The translations under genes were made by a program, and so were the position numbers. The notes under the pieces were generated by a model. The model saw only the letters and a program-made list of their open reading frames with translations. It had not been told where the DNA came from and did no database searches. Positions 39,583 through 48,041 of a stretch of DNA of 64,000 nucleotides are shown here, in pieces. The first letter of the stretch is position 1. Every line of letters starts with the position of its first letter. The DNA comes from an uncultured delta proteobacterium. GTDB lineage: Bacteria; Desulfobacterota; Binatia; UBA9968. The stretch spans positions 160,001 to 224,000 of the forward strand of contig CAWFJP010000005.1 of assembly GCA_963816145.1 (NCBI GenBank), read 5' to 3'.

Positions 39583-40050
39583 ATGATACGTTTTTTTCGA
39601 GTTGCAGCCATGATGGTTGTCTTGGGCCTTTGGCAGTCGGTCGGGTTTGCCGATATGCCCGAACCGAAAGGGAAAACGGAAAATCCCAACGTCGTCGCGG
39701 CGCGCAAGGCGATCGATGCGAAGGATTACAAAGGCGCAGTAGGACATTTGACCAAGGCGGTGCAAGAACTGCCCAACGACGCCGACGCTCACAGCATGCT
39801 CGGCTATGCCTACCGCAAGACCGGCGCCTTCGACAAATCCATGGAGCATTATCAACGCGCGCTCAAGCTCGACTCGAACCATCGCTGGGCGCATGAATAC
39901 TTGGGTGAGCTCTATCTCGACATGAATCAGCCGGATAACGCCGAGAAGCAGTTGGCGGCGCTGAAGAAAGCCTGTCCGTTTTTGGGCAAGTGCGAGGAGT
40001 ACGATGATCTGAAGAAGGCGATCGATTCTTATAAAGCGAAAAAGAAGTAG
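39583..40050 (+). CDS. Secreted tetratricopeptide repeat protein
   Basis: Signal peptide; TPR motifs (ADAHSMLGYAYRK, YQRALKLD, AHEYLGELYL); GGAGG RBS. Confidence 0.88.
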   Translation: MIRFFRVAAMMVVLGLWQSVGFADMPEPKGKTENPNVVAARKAIDAKDYKGAVGHLTKAVQELPNDADAHSMLGYAYRKTGAFDKSMEHYQRALKLDSNHRWAHEYLGELYLDMNQPDNAEKQLAALKKACPFLGKCEEYDDLKKAIDSYKAKKK

Positions 40051-40072
40051 CATCCCAGCTCAACAGGGATTG

Positions 40073-40120
40073 CCCCCACCTCTGTCCTCCCCCGCTGGCG
40101 GGGGAGGATGAAGGAGGGGG
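40073..40120. repeat. REP-like palindrome (CCTCCCCCGC..GCGGGGGAGG)
   Basis: Nested inverted repeat CCCCCACCTC..TCCTCCCCCGCTGGCGGGGGAGGA..AGGAGGGGG. Confidence 0.75.
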
Positions 40121-40163
40121 AAGCCCTCTCGACAATAATAACTACAATATTGGAGATTCCCCA

Positions 40164-40886
40164 ATGGCAGAGCAAATCAAGGTAAAAGTTGGATTCGTCA
40201 GCGGTGGGTCGAGTAACATGCCGCATTACCATAGCTTCACACCCATGGTGCCGAAGGATGTCGAGCTCGACTTCCAGGGCCTGAATCTTTACGGCAAGTC
40301 ACTTTATGAAATCTCGGACAAGAAGGACGTCATCCTCAGCCGCGTGAAGGGCTATATCGCCGAGCGTAAATGGGATGGTCTGATTGTCACCGCCGCGCCG
40401 ACTGAAGTGTTGAATCCTGGACTGTTCGACGATCTCAAAGCGGCGGTGTCGATACCGTTCACGACCGCGCTCAACGCTTGTGTCGCGGCGCTACGAACTT
40501 ACTCCGCGCCGAAGGTGCTCTTGCTCACGCCTTTCGATGCCAAGTTGAATGACCTGATCGTCGCTCATCTGGCCAAAGCCGGCGTCACCGCGATCTCGCC
40601 GAATTCCTTCGCCGAACTGGCCGTGCCCAAACGCATGACGCCCGAGGAGGTCTTCGATCTGACGAAGAAAAACCTTGCCGTCGCAGGTAAAGTCGACGCG
40701 ATCTATTTTCAAGGCGCCGTGCTCGATCCGATCAAATGTTTGGAGAGAATAGAGGCCGAACTCAACGCCACCGTGATCGCCAGCAACCCGGCGATGCTTT
40801 GGTACGTGCTTTCCAAGCTTGGGTATAAGTATCCGACCAGCGGTTACGGCAGGCTGCTGCGCGAGTGGCCGGCGCTCGGAAATTAG
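40164..40886 (+). CDS. Maleate isomerase / arylmalonate decarboxylase (Asp/Glu racemase superfamily)-like protein
   Basis: PFTT, LLTPF, IEAELNATVIASNPAMLW, GYGRLL motifs; canonical catalytic Cys residues not evident. Confidence 0.78.
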   Translation: MAEQIKVKVGFVSGGSSNMPHYHSFTPMVPKDVELDFQGLNLYGKSLYEISDKKDVILSRVKGYIAERKWDGLIVTAAPTEVLNPGLFDDLKAAVSIPFTTALNACVAALRTYSAPKVLLLTPFDAKLNDLIVAHLAKAGVTAISPNSFAELAVPKRMTPEEVFDLTKKNLAVAGKVDAIYFQGAVLDPIKCLERIEAELNATVIASNPAMLWYVLSKLGYKYPTSGYGRLLREWPALGN

Positions 40887-40929
40887 CGTTCAAGGTTCCA
40901 GGTTCAAAAGTTCAAGATTTGGACCGCCG

Positions 40930-41223
40930 GCAGTCGCCCTTCCGCGCGCTATGACCAAAGCGATTCACATCCATAAAACCGAGAAGGAATGGACCAGGCG
41001 CGTTATCGACAAATACCTGCGTACCAACGATGGGGAAAAACTTGAACGTACCTACAATAGCTTCCGCCCGTTGTTCTCCGAAGTGCCTCGCCCGACTGCA
41101 GACGGTGTAAAGACGTTACTCGACGATCTTGCTGGAAAACCCCCTAAGGCAGCCGAGGCGATTCCGAAATAGTTTGTCGATGGGAGTTTTGTCGATGAGA
41201 TGGAGCGTCGGGGTTTATCATGA
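40930..41223 (+). pseudogene. Remnant 3' end of an NMT1-type SBP gene
   Basis: AMTKAIH...KYLRTND...PRPTADGVKTLL...K*FVDGSFVDEMER; no N-terminal half and an internal TAG at 41170. Confidence 0.7.
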
Positions 41224-41349
41224 AGCTCTACGAGAGATAGCCCTGGCCTCGCCGATTGGTGAAGCCGAACTACCGTTGACCACACGATTAAAGTTCGTAT
41301 TTTTATCAATACGACTCCAAATCCGGACTTGTCTCGCGAGAGTAAACCG

Positions 41350-44260
41350 AAGACCATTGTAAGATAGTACTAGCTAAGTGAGGGGGGCTTTAAATGGCAG
41401 ACCTTCAAAAACAGGCTAGCGTGTTATCCTTACAACGAGAGGGCCAGTCGGTTACCGCGCAACTTTTCGAAGCGTATTTGTTGTGTCCCACCAAGTGTTT
41501 TCTTCAGTCTGTCGGTGAGGTGCCGCAAGAGAACGAGTTCGCGAGCTGGAAGGAATCTCGGCGTGTGACGTATCGTTTCGAAGGCACTCAAAAGTTATTA
41601 TCCGGACACCCTTCCTGGTTGGTTGACGAATCTCCTGAACTCGGTCGTTGGAGAAACGTGTCTTGGGATTTTGCCATCAACCCTGTTGCGCGTGCCGAGG
41701 GCTTAGAGGCGCGACTTCACGTCGTACAGCGCATCTCCGCGAGAAGGACGAAAAACCTAGCCTCTTTCGTACCATTTCGTTTTGTCCCCGACATCAAACT
41801 TTCGCGCTCCGACAAACTGATTGCTGCATTCGATGCGTTCGCGCTCTCGACGGCGTTGGGAGTGAAGATCCCTGTTACGAGAGTCATTCACGGGGATAAG
41901 GCATCCGTTTATAAAGCAAATGTCAAATCTCTGTCACGTGCAGTCCATAAAACCATTGGCAAAGTCACTGCCTTGTTAGTTGCCAACGCTCCACCAGATC
42001 TAATCCTAAACCGCCATTGCCCCGAATGTGTGTTCCAGAATCGATGCCGAAAAATAGCGGTTGAGAAAGACGATCTCAGCCTATTAGCCAATCTCCCTAA
42101 CAAGGAACGATTCCGGCTGAATAACAAAGGAATTTTTGCTGTTAACCAACTCTCCTATACGTTTCGCCCGCGTCGTCGCATCAAACGGATCGCGGCTAGA
42201 CCCGAAAAGTATCATCACTCATTGAAAGCCCTCGCGATTCGAGAACGAAAAATACACGTCGTGGGTTCACCAACGCTACGAATCGTGGGAACACCGATCT
42301 TTTTCGATGTCGAGGGGCTGCCGGATCGAGATTTCTATTACTTGATCGGTATGCGTCTGGAGGGCGATGCAAGTCCAACGCGCCATGCTCTGTGGGCCGA
42401 CGCCGCGGTCGATGAAGAGCACATATGGAACGCCTTCCTCACAGTATTGTCGAGCATCGAGAACCCTGTCTTGATTCATTTTGGCAATTTCGAAAATAGA
42501 TTTCTGAAGCGGATGTGCCAACGATACGGTAGCCTGCCGCGAAGATTCGCCAGCGGCTAAGGCGATCGTGTCTTCGATTAATCTATTGTCTGTGATTTTC
42601 GCCCAGGTTTACTTCCCTACATATTCTAATGGGCTTAAGGAAATTGCCCGATTTCTGGGTTTTGAATGGTCAGACCCCTCGGTTTCTGGCCTTCAATCCA
42701 TCGCTTTGCGATACCGATGGGAAGAATTCGGAGATCCCACGGTTCGCGAGAAGCTGATCACCTACAATGCTGACGATTGTGACGCGTTGAGCCTTGTCGG
42801 TCATAATCTCAGGCGACTCTTAGAGCCTGATATCGACGCAGACAAAACCTCAAGTTCTGTTTTCGAGATCGTTCATGCTGAAGCGCTGGCAAAAAACCTG
42901 AACTCTAAATGGCGTACCTTCAAGAGTCCTCTAGCCGATTTGGAGCATGTTAACCGTGCCGCTCATTGGAGCTACCAAAGGGACCGTGTTTTCGTTAGGT
43001 CGGGGGTGGACAAGCGGCTGTCGATACGACGATTCAGGCGACGCGGGTCTGTCAAGAAAGCGGAGACTGCTGGTTTTTCTCAAGGCTAGGATATCCTGCC
43101 CGGACTGTGGCAAAAAGGGACGGCGAAAATGTCGGCTCGTCTCGACGGACTGTGCAAGATTTGGTTTTCGGGCGGGCAAGCGTGAAAGGCAGACGTGTGA
43201 ACTACATGTTTCAGACCTACCGGTGTCGGAGTTGCGGACACGAGTATAACGTCCACGAATGGTATTGCGGTCGTGGCGCGGTGAAATGGGGTTGGAATCT
43301 GGTTGCCTACTTCGTCTACCACGTTGTAGGCCTCCGCGTTCCACAACTAACGGTGCAACGCGGTCTTCACGGCCTGTTCGGGGTCGATGTGGCTCCGGAG
43401 TTCTTTAAACGACATTAAAATCAGAGCGTCTGATTATTATTTGGTCAACCAAACGAAAGATCTTGCGCCGGATCGTCCAAGGAGAATTGATTCATGTCGA
43501 CGAGACCAGGGCTAACATAAAAGGTCATCTGGCTTACGTGTGGGTTCTCACAAACCTGCGGGAGGTGGTCTACATTCTAGCTGAGAGTCGCGAGGGGGAG
43601 TTTGTTCAGACGTTATTGCAAGATTTTAAAGGTGTTCTTGTGTCGGATTTCTATGCAGCTTACGACGGAATTGCTTGCCCCCAACAAAAATGTCTTATTC
43701 ACCTCATGCGCGATCTGAACGACGATATTTTGAATAATCCGTTTGATGAAGAAATGAAATCGATCGCCGTCGGTTTTGCTCGCTTGTTGAAACTTATCGT
43801 GGAATACTATCGATCGGCACGGACTGAAGACATATTTCTTGCGGAAACATTTGGTCGACGTACATCGCTTCTACCGATTTCTTGACTCGTCGGAAGTCAA
43901 AAGCGAAGTCGCATCCAAATGTAAACAGCGCTTTGAGAAAAACCGCGACAAACTGTTTACGTTCTTACGTTATGACGGGGTCCCATGGAACAATAACAAC
44001 GCCGAACACGCGATCAAAGCTTTTGCGAGGCTTCGGGACGTTATTGGCGGATCGTCTACAAAGAAGGGTGTAGACGAATATCTCACTCTCTTAAGCGTGG
44101 CTCAGACGTGCGAATATCAAGGGATCGATTTTCTGAGCTTTCTGCGATCTGAAGAGAAGGATGTCGACACCTACTGGGCAGCTTTCGTAAGCGTCCAAGG
44201 CGTCGCTGATTTTGTGTCGGCAGCTATCGGAACTCGCTAATGGCATCGAGACTTTAGCGG
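41350..44260 (+). mobile_element. IS66-related element carrying a TM0106 nuclease fusion (ends not defined)
   Basis: IS66 DDE domain and lower GC than the flanks; no TIR pair, target duplication or tnpA/tnpB seen; boundaries are approximate. Confidence 0.5.
41394..44240 (+). pseudogene. TM0106-family (Cas4/RecB-like + RNase_H_2) nuclease fused to an IS66 (TnpC) transposase; at least 6 frameshifts
   Basis: YLLCPTKC, NRHCPECVFQNRC, FFDVEG, YFPTYSNGLKEIA, YNADDC, then CPDC/CRSC zinc ribbon, HVDET, LVSDFY, QQKCLIHLMRD, NNNNAEHAIK across ORFs 41394, 42568, 42947, 43107, 43463 and 43839. Confidence 0.8.
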
Positions 44261-44304
44261 AAAGGTGACATGCTTTCTCCGTTAAGAACGGTTGGGGTTG
44301 CTAA

Positions 44305-44542
44305 ATGCCGACGATTCTGCGAGTTAGGTCCTTTTCGTTTCTTTTTCTACGCTGGGGATCGAGAGGAACCGCGGCATGTTCACGTCGAGCGTGACGATCG
44401 GATCGCGAAGTTTTGGCTTGATCCGATTCGGCTTCAAAGCAGCGGCGGTTTTTCGCGACTGGAAATTGCGCGCATCGAAAGATTGGTGAGCAATCACCGA
44501 GAAGAGCTTATGGAGGCTTGGGATGAATACTTCGGCGGTTGA
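44305..44542 (+). CDS. DUF4160 protein (putative toxin); +1 frameshift near 44325
   Basis: MPTILRV + GPFRFFFYAGDREEPRHVHVERDD..AKFWL...WDEYFG. Confidence 0.82.
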
Positions 44543-44873
44543 AATCGCGATTCCGTACGTTGAAGACGTGACCGTGTCTCAAGACACGCTTACCGTGGAA
44601 CTTGGCGATGGCCGAACTCTTTCGGTTCCTCTGGCGTGGTTTCCTCGCTTGGCGCATGCGTCATCGGCCGAGCGTAAGCGTTGGCGTCTGATCGGCAGAG
44701 GCGTCGGAATTCATTGGGAGGATATCGACGAGGATATCAGCGTCGAAGGGCTATTAGCAGGGAAGGCGTCAGGGGAAAGCCAGGCGTCATTCAGCAAATG
44801 GCTTGCGAAGCGTTCGTCGCGGCCAACATCACGCTCAACAAAGACACGCTCAAAGGTGAGTCGGTCGGGTTAG
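44523..44873 (+). CDS. DUF2442 protein (putative antitoxin partner of DUF4160)
   Basis: LTVEL.DGRTLSVPLAWFPRL..AS..ER..W...G.GIHWEDIDEDISVEGLL; overlaps the upstream gene. Confidence 0.9.
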   Translation: MNTSAVEIAIPYVEDVTVSQDTLTVELGDGRTLSVPLAWFPRLAHASSAERKRWRLIGRGVGIHWEDIDEDISVEGLLAGKASGESQASFSKWLAKRSSRPTSRSTKTRSKVSRSG

Positions 44874-44925
44874 CGCAGTGGAGCGGGAACTAGGATCACG
44901 CTTGCATGCGGGTGGTCCGCAAATC

Positions 44926-45747
44926 CTACCGCAAAGTCTTTTTCAACCACTCCGTCACAATCTTCGAAACTTTATCCTCTGCGCCGACATAGAAGTGGTC
45001 GCAGTCGGGGATGATTGCGACTTCGCAGTGGCCGGGGCAATTTTTCGCGAACTCTTCGGCGGGGTAGTTTTCTTTGGGCTCCTGGTCGCCGCGGATGAAG
45101 AGGACGGGGCAGGTGATTTTCTTGGCGTTCTCCAGCAGGTCGGGGGCGTTGGTCAGGCGGTCGAGGAATGTTCTCGCCGAGATCACCCACCACCAGGCGG
45201 GGATGAGCATGAGTTGTCTGGGCTTGCCGGCGGCGACCAGGGCTTCGGCTTCTTTTCTCTGCTTTTCGACATCGCCGGCGAGGGAGTAGTTGCGCGCGGC
45301 GCGCTGGTGGACCATGCGGTTGCCGCCGGTGTGGGCTGATAGCAAAATCAAGGCTTTGGTTTCCGGGTGATGCGCGACATGTTCGGCGGCGAGAACGCCG
45401 CCGTTGCTGTGGCCGATCACGATGGGATTGGGAAATCCTCTACCGGCTAAATATTTCGCCACCAGATTGTTGTCTTCGACGCCTTCAGCGACGGTTTGAT
45501 AGGCGCCGCCGACGCATTCACGGCTGTCGTAGGTGCTCACCGAGTCGTGGCCGCGGCGGTTGAAGGCCAAGTATTCAAAACCTAATCCAGTGATGTGCGG
45601 CGCCAGAAAGCGCGCGGCGCAGACGTAGAAATTCATCTGATTGCCGTGGCAATACATCGCCGCGCCTTTGCTCGGTCCGTCGGGTGTGTAGTAGGCCCCG
45701 TCAAGCGGATGCGTTGGCGTGGCAATGCTGATAAGTTCGGTGCGCAT
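44926..45747 (-). CDS. Alpha/beta fold hydrolase
   Basis: HGN, NRRGHD, GHSNGG nucleophile elbow, PVLFIRGD, DHFY. Confidence 0.9.
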   Translation of the reverse strand: MRTELISIATPTHPLDGAYYTPDGPSKGAAMYCHGNQMNFYVCAARFLAPHITGLGFEYLAFNRRGHDSVSTYDSRECVGGAYQTVAEGVEDNNLVAKYLAGRGFPNPIVIGHSNGGVLAAEHVAHHPETKALILLSAHTGGNRMVHQRAARNYSLAGDVEKQRKEAEALVAAGKPRQLMLIPAWWWVISARTFLDRLTNAPDLLENAKKITCPVLFIRGDQEPKENYPAEEFAKNCPGHCEVAIIPDCDHFYVGAEDKVSKIVTEWLKKTLR

Positions 45748-45842
45748 TTTGGTTTCCTCGGCACTGCTGCTGATGTTTGCGACAATATGGCGTAATGTGT
45801 TTCAAATTCAAAGTGTGCTGGAGCAGATTGGGGGAGAGTTCC

Positions 45843-46973
45843 ATGGTTGAGCAAAAAAAACCGCCGTTTCGCGCCGATCATGTCGGCAGCTTGTTAAGAC
45901 CGCCGGTGCTGTTGGAGGCGCGGGATCAACGGGAACGCGGCGAGATCGATGATGTCCAACTGCGCGCGGTCGAAGACCGCTGCATTCGCGATGTCGTAAA
46001 GATGCAGGAAGATATCGGCCTGCAGGCGGTGACCGATGGCGAGTATCGGCGCAAGCTCTGGAATGTCGACTTCGTCAGAAAATTCGCCGGTGTCGTGGTC
46101 AAGGAAGGGCTCGCCGCGGAGGCCGACAAATCGTTTCAAGGCGGCGATGCCAACTTGCAGCGCTCGCCGACGCGATTTGACGTCACCGGCAAACTGAAGC
46201 GGGTGCGCGAGCATGAGGTCGAGAACTTCAAGTTCACCCAGTCGGTGACGAACGTAACGGCGAAGCTGTCGATCCCATCGCCTTCGGTCTTGCACTTCCG
46301 CGGCGGGCGCGGCGGCGTGAGCCAGGAAGCCTACCCCGATATGGCGGAATTCTTCACCGACCTGGCGCGCGTCTATCGCGAAGAAATCCACGCGCTCGGC
46401 GCTGCGGGCTGCACTTACCTGCAGATCGACGACACCAACCTGGCTTACCTCTGCGATCCCAAGATGCGCGAGGGCGCCAAGAAAATCGGCGAAGACCCCG
46501 ACCGCTTGCCGTCGCTCTACGCCAACTTGATCAACGAGTGCATCAAAGACCGTCCGGCCAACATGGTGGTTTGCACGCATCTATGCCGCGGCAACTTCGC
46601 CAGCGCTTGGGTCGCCGAAGGCGGCTACGATCCGGTGGCGGAAGTGTTATTCAACGAATTGAAGGTCGACGGTTACTTTTTGGAATTCGATTCCCCGCGC
46701 GCCGGCAATTTCGCGCCGCTGCGCTATCTGCCGGAGGGCAAACGTCTGATGCTCGGCTTGGTCACGACCAAGACCGGCCAATTGGAAAATCCCGACGATC
46801 TTAAGCGTCGCATTGACGAGGCCGCCAAGGTGGCGCCTTTCGATCAGCTCGGCATCGCGCCGCAGTGCGGCTTTTCCAGCACGGTGCTGGGAAATAAACT
46901 GACCGTCGAAGACCAGATTGCGAAATTACGATTGATCGTCCAGGTGGCCCGCGACGTTTGGGGCGGGGTCTGA
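45843..46973 (+). CDS. Cobalamin-independent methionine synthase II family protein (MetE C-terminal-like, YxjH type)
   Basis: RADHVGSLLRP, TDGEYRR, YLQIDD, Zn ligands HLCRGN, LEFD, PQCGF. Confidence 0.9.
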   Translation: MVEQKKPPFRADHVGSLLRPPVLLEARDQRERGEIDDVQLRAVEDRCIRDVVKMQEDIGLQAVTDGEYRRKLWNVDFVRKFAGVVVKEGLAAEADKSFQGGDANLQRSPTRFDVTGKLKRVREHEVENFKFTQSVTNVTAKLSIPSPSVLHFRGGRGGVSQEAYPDMAEFFTDLARVYREEIHALGAAGCTYLQIDDTNLAYLCDPKMREGAKKIGEDPDRLPSLYANLINECIKDRPANMVVCTHLCRGNFASAWVAEGGYDPVAEVLFNELKVDGYFLEFDSPRAGNFAPLRYLPEGKRLMLGLVTTKTGQLENPDDLKRRIDEAAKVAPFDQLGIAPQCGFSSTVLGNKLTVEDQIAKLRLIVQVARDVWGGV

Positions 46974-46976
46974 TCG

Positions 46977-48041
46977 ATGACGGGCTTTCGCGGCGAGCTT
47001 GCGCTCAAATTCGCGTTGCAAAGCGCAACTCAATACGGGACTCCCGACGTGGTTCGCCTGGCACGGCTCGCTCTCGGGCAAGGCTTCAAGCAGATCTGGG
47101 TCAACGACAATCTGGGTCAGCGCAACATTTTCGTTGTCTTGGCGGCGATAGCGGCGCAGGTGCCGATCAAGTTAGGCACCGCGATTGTCGTGCCGTATTT
47201 TCGTAATCCGGTGGACATTGCCGATAGTTTGGCTGCCCTCTCTGAGTTGACCGAGGGGCGCGAGGTGAGTGTCGGCATCGCTCGCGGTGAATCGGCTCGC
47301 GCCGGCCAGCAGGTCGAGATGCCGAACCCCGTCGCCATGGTGCGCGAGACAACCTTAGCGATCAAGGCTTTGCTGGCAGGAGACAGCGTCAAGTTTCGCG
47401 ACTACCCGACAGCTTGTGCCTATCATCATATCCATCCCGAACAAGAGTTTCGTTTAGCCTTTTCCCCCGGCGCGCCGATGCGATTCTATTGCGGCGGGCA
47501 CGGAAAGCGCATTCTCAAAGTCGCCGGCGAGGTGATGGATGGGATTTATTTCGGCGATCATGCCATTCCCGTGATGCGCGCCGGTCGTCTCGACGCGTTC
47601 CTGGCCGTTGCACGTGCGGCCAGTGCCACGCGTAGCCAGGGCCGGTTCGACATTTGCGAGTTAGATATTTCGCTGTCGCGTGATCGCGCGAGCGCATTCG
47701 CGTATGCCCGTCCCTTCGCTGCCCATGTTCTAGTGCATCTTGAAGGCATGGGTTTTACCGCGGACGATTTTCAGTCGTTGGCGATAGAGCCGAGGTTGGT
47801 GGATTCGCTGATCGAAGCTTGCCGCGGCGGTGCAACGATTCAGGCCGCTTCAGCTCTGCTCTCGGATGACGTGGTAAAAAGCTGCTTTGTCGTCGGCAGT
47901 CCTGAGGAATGCCGCGATCAGCTCGCGGCATTGATGGACGAAGCGGAGCGGCTCAAGCTCAGCCAAATGGCTTTTGCTAAGCTAGGACCGGATTATCATG
48001 AGGCGATTAGCTTACTCGGAGATACCTGCGGCCGCTCCTAA
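46977..48041 (+). CDS. LLM-class flavin/F420-dependent oxidoreductase (Mer-like)
   Basis: GFKQIWVND, IKLGTAIV.PY.RNP, LSEL..GR..VGIARG, AGEVMDG, VVGSPEEC motifs. Confidence 0.85.
   Translation: MTGFRGELALKFALQSATQYGTPDVVRLARLALGQGFKQIWVNDNLGQRNIFVVLAAIAAQVPIKLGTAIVVPYFRNPVDIADSLAALSELTEGREVSVGIARGESARAGQQVEMPNPVAMVRETTLAIKALLAGDSVKFRDYPTACAYHHIHPEQEFRLAFSPGAPMRFYCGGHGKRILKVAGEVMDGIYFGDHAIPVMRAGRLDAFLAVARAASATRSQGRFDICELDISLSRDRASAFAYARPFAAHVLVHLEGMGFTADDFQSLAIEPRLVDSLIEACRGGATIQAASALLSDDVVKSCFVVGSPEECRDQLAALMDEAERLKLSQMAFAKLGPDYHEAISLLGDTCGRS

Noticed and set aside
41170-41172. In-frame TAG in the SBP fragment as pyrrolysine or readthrough
   Set aside because: The gene lacks its N-terminal two-thirds; a nonsense mutation in a pseudogene is the simpler explanation.
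44187-44196. GTAAGCGTCC resembling an IS66 terminal inverted repeat
   Set aside because: It is in the wrong orientation for a right end, has no partner upstream, and lies in the probable basic C-terminal coding tail of the transposase.
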